A stretch of 64,000 bases of DNA, from positions 32,001 through 96,000 of the IMG/VR virus record IMGVR_UViG_3300020045_011333; one strand, given 5' to 3'. A model generated the notes under the pieces. It was given only the letters and a program-made list of their open reading frames with translations. It ran no database searches and had not been told where the DNA came from. Made by a program: the position numbers and the translations under genes. Below, in pieces: positions 16,240 through 25,133 of the stretch (the stretch's first letter is position 1; each line of letters starts with the position of its first letter). The DNA comes from a virus.

Positions 16240-16578
16240 ATGCCTGCTAAAATCACATTCAATAAAGCAACTGTTAAAGGCCCTAAGCCTGCAACTGGTT
16301 ATGTCGCGCTCTTGCCAGTTGGTGACAAGACTGTTAAATTTGTGTTGCAGGATGATGCATTTGAAACGCCTTGTTTGACGCATTATGCTAGTGGGATCAT
16401 TACTATCCATAGCAATACCGTTGCGGCTCGAAAGCTTGCTAAATATGTCGCAAACCCTTATTCAACGCCTATGACTGATAGGCAGATTTGTGCCGAGATT
16501 TTGAACGAAATTGTTAATCAGCACGGCGCGGAAAAGATACTGGCAAAATTCGACGCTGCTAAGATAATTAACACTTGA
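16240..16578 (+). CDS. Early hypothetical protein (112 aa)
   Basis: GGAG SD. Confidence 0.65.
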   Translation: MPAKITFNKATVKGPKPATGYVALLPVGDKTVKFVLQDDAFETPCLTHYASGIITIHSNTVAARKLAKYVANPYSTPMTDRQICAEILNEIVNQHGAEKILAKFDAAKIINT

Positions 16579-16634
16579 CTTTGTGAGTCATTGGATTAAA
16601 TTAATAGCAATTGAAACAAAAAGGAACTGAGAAA

Positions 16635-16802
16635 ATGGAAAAGATGGAATTTTCTGAAGCGCTTGCAATCGTTCTAAATCTTGCGCAAGGCGCGGCTATG
16701 GATGAGAATGAAGCCGAAATTGACGAAATGCAAGACGAATATGTGCGACAACAAAACGCCTTGGATTCTGTTTATGCCTTTCTTTATCTTAAGAAAGATT
16801 AA
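16635..16802 (+). CDS. Small acidic early protein
   Basis: Own promoter; AAGGA SD. Confidence 0.55.
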   Translation: MEKMEFSEALAIVLNLAQGAAMDENEAEIDEMQDEYVRQQNALDSVYAFLYLKKD

Positions 16803-16876
16803 AATAACTCTTTACATGGCCTAACATGTAAGATAATGTTAGGCCATAGAAACAAACGCTTTAAGGAGCAAAACTA

Positions 16877-17098
16877 ATGACACTTTCCACCAATGCTGCT
16901 AAAAACAAAGATTTGCGGAACGTTGGTTCTGAAATGCAACATAGACACTTCGCCACGGTCGCAGGCATTATTAGGAACCTTAATGGTTCCATGTCTAAGG
17001 AGGATGTTAAGCTAGTCGCAGAACATTTCTCCGCTGATTTGAAGAACACTAACGCAAAGTTTGATAAGAAAAGGTTTCTTGCGGCTTGCGGTTTTTAA
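16877..17098 (+). CDS. Early hypothetical protein (73 aa)
   Basis: TTTACA-N17-TAATGT promoter; AAGGAG SD; HF..VA..I...F...N.KFD..RFL.ACG family pattern. Confidence 0.7.
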   Translation: MTLSTNAAKNKDLRNVGSEMQHRHFATVAGIIRNLNGSMSKEDVKLVAEHFSADLKNTNAKFDKKRFLAACGF

Positions 17099-17756
17099 AT
17101 CTTTACACAATGGAGTCTTAGTGATAAGACTCTATTAGTAAATTTTTAATGCTTTAAGGAGTTTAAGCAATGCAACTTTTAAGAGTAGTACACAAAGACT
17201 CTAGACCAATGCTATATTATATAGACGGTAAAAGAGTCGATAAGGATCGTTGGCATTTGGCATGGCAGTTTGCAAAATCCCGTGATTCTATGACAACTAA
17301 AGATAAAAATGGCAAGTTTTATCATTATACAAGCGTCCGTTAATCCTTTGTCAATCTTTACCTGCTATCCTCTTTATATCAGATAAACAATCAACTGAGG
17401 ATAACAGGACATGACGACGAAAATCAATCTTAAGACTGTAAAGCCCCTCACAACTGTTAACGACTTCGCAACTGGCATGCAATTTATTATTCTTTTCATG
17501 TCGATCGCTCTTGCCAGTCTAGCCGGTTTGGTTTATAGATATGACGCTATCTGCAACTCATTAGGGATTTAGAATAATGGCAATCTACATTCAACGAAAA
17601 GATAATCGTTATCTGGAAACGGTTGACGAATTCGAAACTCGTAAAGAGGCATTGACTAATCTAAAGGAATATCGCCTAAGCGATAATTCAGGGAATTATT
17701 ATTTGTCTAGCAGGGCTTGCCGCGATTGGAATAAGAAATAAAATAATTAATTGACA

Positions 17757-17813
17757 ATAGGGCTGCAAGGCCCTATTTTCTTTTTAACGCCTGCCGTGGG
17801 AACGGCAGGCCTG
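17757..17813 (+). terminator. Two adjacent hairpins (terminator-like)
   Basis: AATAGGG...CCCTATT and GCCTGCCGT-GGGA-ACGGCAGGC. Confidence 0.5.
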
Positions 17814-17923
17814 CCTGTTATTTATTTCAGAACAAAACATAAACATAATATTTTAAAAATTCTGGTTGACATATGTTTTGCAGGTCATTAGATTACAGAT
17901 ATCGAAACAAAGGAATCAAGCTA

Positions 17924-18214
17924 ATGGCAAACCGTTATGATGTAGAATACACAGATACATTTGGAGGCGAGGCGAATTATTCGTGGATTAATCGCAAAGT
18001 TGTAACCATGCCTGAATTGACACATTATGGATATGATGGCGGAACCAATTATTCCAAGGCTAATAAAGTATTTGAACGCGAACTAATGAAACGTGCTAAG
18101 GCTTCTATGGGTTTGACTAATGTTTCTGGAAAAACTTACTGGCATGGCGATATGTGCGAATTCCGCCCCTATGGTTCTGCAACTATTATGTTTATCACAT
18201 ATAAGGATGAATAA
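17924..18214 (+). CDS. Conserved phage hypothetical protein
   Basis: VEYTDTFGGEANYSW motif; promoter TTGACA-N17-TAGATT with ATCGAAAC leader. Confidence 0.7.
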   Translation: MANRYDVEYTDTFGGEANYSWINRKVVTMPELTHYGYDGGTNYSKANKVFERELMKRAKASMGLTNVSGKTYWHGDMCEFRPYGSATIMFITYKDE

Positions 18215-18520
18215 TATGTTTCCGGTTCAAAATCACACTCGCCTTATACAAGGTGACAAACGATTTGACGATCTTGTCAGACTGGCAACTCATAAGGCAA
18301 ATAAATTCCTTACCTGCAATCCGACAAGGCGAGCGTCAACCTTTATCATGCTGCAATGGTGCGGCAATGAATACAGAGCAAAAGCTAAATTTCGTTCTAA
18401 TCAAGGCACGAGTCACATTGCAACCGCTTTTGAAAGTGAATTGAAATAATTTTATAAATCCTGTTGACATAGGTCAAATAATTTTTTATGTTTGATCTAT
18501 CGAAACGGAGAACTGAGACA

Positions 18521-18760
18521 ATGAATATGACTCAAGAAAGCATTGAATATCGTAAAGCTTTCACTATGAAAGTAGAATCTGCTAAAACAACTGCAACAAA
18601 ATATAATGGTATGTCTTATAAGGCCATGGAAAATTTGATTGACGAAATAAAAGCTGACTATAAAGCGGGCAAGATAACTATTCAAGATTTAAATAATTGT
18701 CATGTATTTACAATGACAACTTATTATAAAAGTGCTGGCGATTGGCGAAAATTGCTTTGA
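18521..18760 (+). CDS. Early hypothetical protein
   Basis: TTGACA-N17-TATGTT promoter, ATCGAAAC leader, GGAG SD. Confidence 0.6.
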   Translation: MNMTQESIEYRKAFTMKVESAKTTATKYNGMSYKAMENLIDEIKADYKAGKITIQDLNNCHVFTMTTYYKSAGDWRKLL

Positions 18761-18829
18761 TAAGATTTAAGTTAATAGCCGCTTTGACACGGCTATATTC
18801 TTAAACTTATGATAAAAGGAACTGAGCAA

Positions 18830-19012
18830 ATGAAAATCCTTAAAGACACCTATGCTGTGTTTTGGACTCGTAAAGGCTGGAAACAAGCTTTCCATGCCGA
18901 TATTTGCGCAGCAACGCCTAATGAGGCTTATAGTCAATTTGCAGGCATGTTCCCTAGTGATATCGTTAGATCGATCCGCGATAAATCAGGAAAATTTTGT
19001 AAATTTAAATAA
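18830..19012 (+). CDS. Early hypothetical protein
   Basis: AAGGA SD. Confidence 0.55.
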   Translation: MKILKDTYAVFWTRKGWKQAFHADICAATPNEAYSQFAGMFPSDIVRSIRDKSGKFCKFK

Positions 19013-19074
19013 TTTGGTCTTGACCACGATGTAAGAAAAGAATAACTTGATTATATCGAAACGGGAATTAAGCT

Positions 19075-19383
19075 ATGAAAACCTTTCTTGAAATTAATGC
19101 TTCGGAATATCTGGCTTATCAGACTTCAAAAGAAATTGCAGACAAAGCTCAAACTCTTGAGGCATGGGATAAAGAGGATAAGTCATTTGCTTTCATGCTG
19201 GAAACTATCCGAAATGAAGCTGCAACGGCTTTGCATTATCGGGGCAAGGTATCGCAAGAGCAACATGAATCGGCGGATCAAAACGCCCTTGACACCTGCT
19301 ATGAAGCAGGAATTGATCCTGATAGCGATGCGGGAAAATTGATTTATTATCGTGTATATGTTCAAACTTTGCAGTTGATTTAA
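19075..19383 (+). CDS. Early hypothetical protein (102 aa)
   Basis: TTGACC-N17-TAACTT promoter, ATCGAAAC leader. Confidence 0.65.
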   Translation: MKTFLEINASEYLAYQTSKEIADKAQTLEAWDKEDKSFAFMLETIRNEAATALHYRGKVSQEQHESADQNALDTCYEAGIDPDSDAGKLIYYRVYVQTLQLI

Positions 19384-19406
19384 ACGCTTACAAAGGAGCT
19401 AAGCAA

Positions 19407-19691
19407 ATGCCCGCAAAGAAACTTTCCCGCACCATGCAGCTTGCCGAGGATTTGTTGCAATTCAAAGCAAGCGACATTTTGACTCTGGCAAAAGCTTACA
19501 AAGATATCAAAAAAGCTGACAAGCAAAGATATATGGCAAGCGGAGTCATTATCACTATTCAAAATTTGAGCGGAACTGTCATTGTTGAATCTGTTATGAT
19601 TTCCGATGGTTTGAGCGATGCAACAATTTCAGCGTTACAAGCTGACATTAAGGCAACATATGATTTTCGCCTGTTAATGAATAAAATCTGA
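19407..19691 (+). CDS. Early hypothetical protein (94 aa)
   Basis: AAGGAG SD. Confidence 0.65.
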   Translation: MPAKKLSRTMQLAEDLLQFKASDILTLAKAYKDIKKADKQRYMASGVIITIQNLSGTVIVESVMISDGLSDATISALQADIKATYDFRLLMNKI

Positions 19692-19953
19692 AATATTCAT
19701 ATAGGATAACGAACATGCTTAAAATGTTTATGATAATAGCAAGTCTTAACGGTTCGCAGGAACCTATTATTAGTGCTTTATATGAGGATGAATGTTCTAT
19801 TGCATTAGAAGCCATTAATGCAGCACAAGCTATGCAAAAAATAAAAACTGGAATAGAATTTTCCTGTAAAGATTATGAAGTTTTTACAAAATAAGTCTTG
19901 ACCATTATTTCAATCTTTTATAGATTATGGATATCGAAACGGGAAACAAAACA

Positions 19954-20166
19954 ATGACTGACAAGCTTATTTACTCTAATATCCTATCTGTCCTTAACGC
20001 CTTGCGCTGGACTGAAAACCGCGATGGCTTTTCCGCCACAGAGCGTGACAACGCATTGCGAGTCGTTCTTGGAATGCTTAACAAGGTATCCAAGCCTGAA
20101 AACTTCACTGTCTCCCGTTCGCTTGTTTTCAAGCTAATGAATGAAGCAAAAGCAAATCTGGCTTAA
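19954..20166 (+). CDS. Early hypothetical protein
   Basis: TTGACC-N17-TAGATT promoter, ATCGAAAC leader. Confidence 0.6.
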   Translation: MTDKLIYSNILSVLNALRWTENRDGFSATERDNALRVVLGMLNKVSKPENFTVSRSLVFKLMNEAKANLA

Positions 20167-20178
20167 GGAGCTAATACA

Positions 20179-20589
20179 ATGTCAAACCGTTGGAATTATT
20201 GTGGCGACGTAAATCTTGAATGTGGCGGATTCTTTTGGCGCGAAACTGACGACATTGAATCCGTTGAATGTATTGACATTATACCTTGCTCTGATGCCGG
20301 AGGCCCTGATAATAAATTTGTTATTGAGTTTGGTTACATTAATACTTTTGAGAATCTTTCTAAGCTTGAAAGTGCCTTAAATGTTATTGGGATGAATATT
20401 GAAAATGCATCTCGCTTTGATATTATTTATGCTTTTAAGGCTTATTCTGGAATTGATAGTCATTCTCATGTATGTGTACAAATTGGCAAGAATGAGGATG
20501 ATAATCCAAATGGCTGGAATCCAGTAGCAGACCACGTATTGCGTTCCAATGCCAAACTGAAAAACTTTGTTAGACGTGAATTTTTGTAA
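20179..20589 (+). CDS. Early hypothetical protein (136 aa)
   Basis: AAGGAG SD; W.Y.GDVNLE.GG.F pattern. Confidence 0.7.
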   Translation: MSNRWNYCGDVNLECGGFFWRETDDIESVECIDIIPCSDAGGPDNKFVIEFGYINTFENLSKLESALNVIGMNIENASRFDIIYAFKAYSGIDSHSHVCVQIGKNEDDNPNGWNPVADHVLRSNAKLKNFVRREFL

Positions 20590-20649
20590 AATAAACTATT
20601 GACTATGTAAGAAAACGGCTTTATATTTCTCATAGTCAAACAAAGGAAA

Positions 20650-20862
20650 ATGGAAATGGCTTACGAAATCGCAGTTTGGAGTAACAACATTCGCAAGGTT
20701 TTGAAAGTTGTTGATACTGTTTCTGAGGCTAAAACTCTCATTAATACAATGTTTACTGATGTGTTTATTGAGGAGGATTCGGAAAATCCAGATCATTTTG
20801 ATGTTTTTGCCTATGAAGGCGATATGTCTGAAGTATTCGTAATTGAACCTGTAAAAGGTTAA
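20650..20862 (+). CDS. Small acidic early protein (70 aa)
   Basis: TTGACT-N17-TATATT promoter; AAGGA SD. Confidence 0.6.
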   Translation: MEMAYEIAVWSNNIRKVLKVVDTVSEAKTLINTMFTDVFIEEDSENPDHFDVFAYEGDMSEVFVIEPVKG

Positions 20863-21082
20863 AATCAACCTATCAACAAAAGGAAAATCTAAAATGTCTG
20901 ACAATTCTAAGGACTGGAAACGCGACCGTGACATGGATCGCCGTAACAAGCAGGCTAAGCGGAATGTGTTTACATTCGTTGCGGCTGAAAAGCGGGAAGG
21001 CGTAGAAAAGCGTTATTATTAGCACTTAGGTTAAGAGCGACCCTGTTTCGCTCTTTTCCTAAACGCTAAGGAGTCTGAGACG

Positions 21083-21316
21083 ATGAAAATTGATTATATC
21101 TTGTCTGCAACTGGCAATGCTATCATGCCTAGAATCGATCATATTTTCCATTCGAATGATGAATTGTATGTAAAGAGGCAAGCCGAAACTATTTGCCTTG
21201 CGCTATCTAAAGCGGGTTATTTTAGTTTCAATCTATATAATGTTTCTGCCTGCACACATTTTCATGTTGCAACATTCACGGTTGAGCAACCGGAACCGAT
21301 TATTTTTGTAAAATAA
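21083..21316 (+). CDS. Early hypothetical protein (77 aa)
   Basis: AAGGAG SD. Confidence 0.6.
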   Translation: MKIDYILSATGNAIMPRIDHIFHSNDELYVKRQAETICLALSKAGYFSFNLYNVSACTHFHVATFTVEQPEPIIFVK

Positions 21317-21397
21317 TTGAAAATATCGCTTGCGTTTCGTGATAGATGAATATATAAATTAATCATCGAAACGGAGCGCAAACAAGGGAATACGAAA

Positions 21398-21754
21398 ATG
21401 TCCACATACAACATTAAGCTTAAGGTTTGGACTAACGCAACAACAGGCGAAACTCGCATTTATGTTGATGGTAAGTATGTGGAATATAGGAATGTTTTGT
21501 CTCATGCCAATCTGTATCTTAAAGCAGATGAAAATGGCGCTATTATTTGGAACAACTCTTTCAAATGTAATTACAACACTATAACGGCTGCTGAGATGAA
21601 TCGCCTTGCATTTGGAGAACTGATAAAGGCTTTGAACGGCTGGAATGATAATTCTAACATTTCTTTTGCTGAGTTGTTGGAACGTGTCACGGCTTGCCAG
21701 ACTAAGGGCGGAAACTTTTCATTCAGGCAATATGAAAAGAAATATTTTAACTAA
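21398..21754 (+). CDS. Early hypothetical protein (118 aa)
   Basis: TTGCGT-N17-TATAAA promoter, ATCGAAAC leader. Confidence 0.65.
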   Translation: MSTYNIKLKVWTNATTGETRIYVDGKYVEYRNVLSHANLYLKADENGAIIWNNSFKCNYNTITAAEMNRLAFGELIKALNGWNDNSNISFAELLERVTACQTKGGNFSFRQYEKKYFN

Positions 21755-21796
21755 AATAAAGCCTCCTAACGCGGCTTTTTTCTTGTTCAATAATTC

Positions 21797-21884
21797 AAAG
21801 TCAACCATTTTGATCAGTTTTAACCAAAATGATTAGTTTTAACCAGTAAAGTCAACCATTTTGATTACTTTCAATCAATATGAT
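21797..21884. repeat. Iteron-like direct repeats in a 740-bp non-coding region
   Basis: AAAGTCAACCATTTTGAT at 21797 and 21848; AGTTTTAACCA at 21816 and 21835; four AA(C/T)CA-WWW-TGAT cores. Confidence 0.75.
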
Positions 21885-22501
21885 TTAATTGCGCCATTTT
21901 TAATTTTTAAAAAATTAAACTAAAAATAATCAAAAAACGATCAAATTTTTCCAGCATCTTCCCACCTTGGAAAATTGCACCGCTAAATAGTTGATTTTTA
22001 GAAGATTTTACCCCTAACGGGGTCACAACCCATGATATATAGGCAATATATCCTCAATATTTAATTAAATTTAGCTAATAAAACCATTAAAAATATTATC
22101 ATATAAGGATATCTTAATATGATTATTTAAAAGTTTGCTACCATGACAAATCCCCTCCTGACGAGCAGATCAATAAATAAATTTTTAATTATTGCACGTG
22201 CAATAAATGCCTGTGACTCAAATGTAAGAAAACGAAAAACTGTTTACCCGGCTAACAACAATCGATTGATTATTTTCCTAATTAGAAAATGCTAATGTAT
22301 AAGTCATTGATATCATTACGTTTATTTTCTTACTTTTACAATGTAAGATTCTGAAACATTCATGACTTGTTTGCTACCTTGTAATGACAGGAACAAAAAA
22401 CCTCAAAATAGCCTGTATTTGGTTGAATTTTTTAAAGATTCAGGGTTTACATCTGGCTCGAAAGGTTTATATTAAACTTATAGAAACAAGGAAACACGGC
22501 A

Positions 22502-22723
22502 ATGATGACGATTGAAACCGCGATTGAAGTTTGCAAGAAAATGCGCGCTACTCCTTTTAATCTTCAAACTGAAGCTTTGCGCGCCGAATTCAAAATCGCT
22601 TCGGAAGTTCGCCACAATCATTCGATGGAAAATGATGCTTCTTATCGTCGCGGTTTTAGGCAAGCTTATAATGGCTTGGCCGTTGGAACCGGCAGACTCG
22701 ATCTAGTTGGAAAGCATGGTTAA
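22502..22723 (+). CDS. Early hypothetical protein (73 aa)
   Basis: TTTACA-N16-TATATT promoter, ATAGAAAC leader, AAGGA SD. Confidence 0.6.
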   Translation: MMTIETAIEVCKKMRATPFNLQTEALRAEFKIASEVRHNHSMENDASYRRGFRQAYNGLAVGTGRLDLVGKHG

Positions 22724-23010
22724 TTGTGTTTAGATTAGTGGCGCTGAGCAAAGCGCCACATTTCTAAATGCATAGGGCATTTAATTAAGAGGAGCTAAAA
22801 CAATGCCTAAGTTCGCAGTAACTCAAATTCAGACTCGCCATGTAATTTATACCATTGAGGCAGAATCGGAGGAGCAAGCAATTGAAAGCTTGAACAATTC
22901 TTTTGATGCTATGAATGATTTTGACGGAGTCGTGGAATGGTCCGGCGATGCTGAGACTATTGCCGAAGAAATCGAAGAATAAAATATCTTTCAACTGAGG
23001 AAAAACAGCA

Positions 23011-23484
23011 ATGACTCATATTCACAATGAACTGGCTCAAGAAATCGTTTCGGCAATTGGTGAGACTCGATTTGAACTAAAGACTTATTCTAGCTCAAAA
23101 GCTAATGCGCAAGCCAATCTTAACGGCAGGACGCATTATGTTGATGACGATACATTGAAATACTTTCATTCAAAGATTGCTTATTCTAACGATTATGAGA
23201 ATGGAACTATTTTCGCTTTGGTGGAATCTTGCGCCGCTGACATGGATAACCGCAATCGTGGATTCCGTTTCGTTGTCTTTGATCTATTCGGAACCGTAAT
23301 AGAGAGGCGCAAGAGCAGTGATTTGTTCTCAACTAAGGATAAAGCCAGAAAAGCGCTTAACACCTTCTTTGAAGACTTTGACGCCTTGGAACACTATAAG
23401 CAAGCCATGGCGGAACGCGCCGAACGGCTGGCAAATGATTCAAAACGCCTTGCGGCTCAAGTTGCCAGAATGGGAGGAGAATGA
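23011..23484 (+). CDS. Early hypothetical protein (157 aa)
   Basis: GAGGA SD; NAQ.NL.GRTHYVDDDTL..F.S.I family pattern. Confidence 0.7.
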   Translation: MTHIHNELAQEIVSAIGETRFELKTYSSSKANAQANLNGRTHYVDDDTLKYFHSKIAYSNDYENGTIFALVESCAADMDNRNRGFRFVVFDLFGTVIERRKSSDLFSTKDKARKALNTFFEDFDALEHYKQAMAERAERLANDSKRLAAQVARMGGE

Positions 23485-23733
23485 ATTTGTGGGCGTTTGT
23501 TGGGTTTCTTGCGTCATGCCTTATGCTATGGCTTATTTTCCCGCTATAGCGGGCCGCTAGGAAGCGTTTCCGGGTTAAACCGTGTCGCACTAGCCGAAAT
23601 GATGAATCGCGTTGTATGGGGCTTAAATCAGGTTTTATGAAATGCGATTTATTTTCTGTTTTCTTACATTTTCTTGTTGACGAATCTTTTTAAAGATTCT
23701 ATAAATTAATCATCGAAACAAGGAAACGAACAA

Positions 23734-23985
23734 ATGGAATTTAACGGCGCAATCCTCACTCGTAACAATGAATTTAACGTTCGCGTTGAAATGTATAACA
23801 CGTTGATGGAAAAGGAAGTTTATTCTGTATTGTTTGACGATGAAAAAAATGAAATTCTTAATCGCGTTTCAGTCCGTCGCGGTCAAGATAAAAAAGGCGG
23901 TTGGAAATGGGGAACGTTGAATAACAATGCTCATTCCGGCCAAATTCGCCGCGTTGTTTCCTTGGTTAAGCAATCGGGGATTTAA
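23734..23985 (+). CDS. Early hypothetical protein (83 aa)
   Basis: TTGACG-N17-TATAAA promoter, ATCGAAAC leader. Confidence 0.65.
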   Translation: MEFNGAILTRNNEFNVRVEMYNTLMEKEVYSVLFDDEKNEILNRVSVRRGQDKKGGWKWGTLNNNAHSGQIRRVVSLVKQSGI

Positions 23986-24066
23986 TCCCCCCCCCCTAAC
24001 GGGGTCCACTATTAGCCTAGCGTCCTGCTAGGCCCTGCCCTCTCTCACACAAAGGCCCTATGTACC

Positions 24067-24297
24067 ATGGAAAAGCTTATCCTAATCCTTATCCTCAATG
24101 CCCCTAACGGGGATATACAGGCCACACGCTATGCCATAGCAGACCGCCCTACATGCGAAGCTAAGGCGGCATGGTACAATGACCCATCCCATAACCCTAT
24201 CGCGTACCATGACGCCCTAGGCCCTATCTATAGGCACAATGCAATGTGTGTCAGTGCTGCTGCTGCTAATAGACTGGTAGTTGTAAAGGATAATTAG
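24067..24297 (+). CDS. Small protein with hydrophobic N-terminus (76 aa)
   Basis: ORF track; N-terminal LILILIL; similar N-terminus to 24613. Confidence 0.5.
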   Translation: MEKLILILILNAPNGDIQATRYAIADRPTCEAKAAWYNDPSHNPIAYHDALGPIYRHNAMCVSAAAANRLVVVKDN

Positions 24298-24378
24298 TGC
24301 AACTATGTACGATTGTTATTGATCTATTGTTTAATCTATTATAGATTATAGATAGGTACACACATAAAGGAACTAGTC

Positions 24379-24555
24379 ATGCTACTCACCTTCATTCCTT
24401 CGATCCTCTGCCTTGCTCTTGCGTTGCAAGCCGGTATGCGTGGCGAACGTTATGCCAGAACCAACGAAACACTAGCCGCTGTTACACTATTGGCTGTGCC
24501 TATGTGGTGCGCCATGGCTGTAATGGTGGGACTCTCTGGTCTTCTCATTCATTAA
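24379..24555 (+). CDS. Small two-TM membrane protein (58 aa), not in the ORF track
   Basis: AAGGAA SD; MLLTFIPSILCLALALQ...AAVTLLAVPMWCAMAVMVGLSGLLIH. Confidence 0.55.
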   Translation: MLLTFIPSILCLALALQAGMRGERYARTNETLAAVTLLAVPMWCAMAVMVGLSGLLIH

Positions 24556-24612
24556 ACAATAGATATAGGCTATGCGCTAGACGCATAGGCCACGGCATAG
24601 GACAACGGAACA

Positions 24613-24804
24613 ATGATTAAATCAATCGCTCTTATCCTTATCATTTGGAACCCTGTTAATGATACTGAGTCGGAAATGGTATATGGAACATATACATTAG
24701 AAGAATGTTTAATAAAAGAATATGAAATAAATAAAGAAGACAGCATTATAAATAAAAAATTAAAAAGAAATAAATTAGAATTGAATGCGACATTGTGTGA
24801 GTGA
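24613..24804 (+). CDS. Small protein with hydrophobic N-terminus (63 aa)
   Basis: ORF track. Confidence 0.45.
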   Translation: MIKSIALILIIWNPVNDTESEMVYGTYTLEECLIKEYEINKEDSIINKKLKRNKLELNATLCE

Positions 24805-24851
24805 GTCGTTATGTAGTGAAGTCTAATACAATGTTTAGTTGAATTAATTGG

Positions 24852-25004
24852 AGGGACCCGTCCGGGGGGTATACCCGTGGGGGTTGTATTCCGCCTTCCT
24901 ACTGTCGTAATAGTACAATACAAGTTGTAAAAATTTTTTCACCCTAACTACCCCCCCCCCTCTTTACTACCCTTACCCTCAAAAAAATTTTTCACACTAA
25001 CTAC
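24852..25004. repeat. G/C-run and short direct-repeat island at the end of the early block
   Basis: G6 and G5 runs, C10 at 24951-24960, AAAATTTTT(T)CAC(C/A)CTAACTAC twice. Confidence 0.65.
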
Positions 25005-25133
25005 GTTGATATTTGTATCAGCGAAGTTTAACTAAGTTCTTCCATTGGCTTAACAACAAAAAACTTGACTTTTTAATATTTTAAAGTATAATATTCCCTT
25101 ATCTTTGAAAAATTAATATTGTGAAACTTTTAC

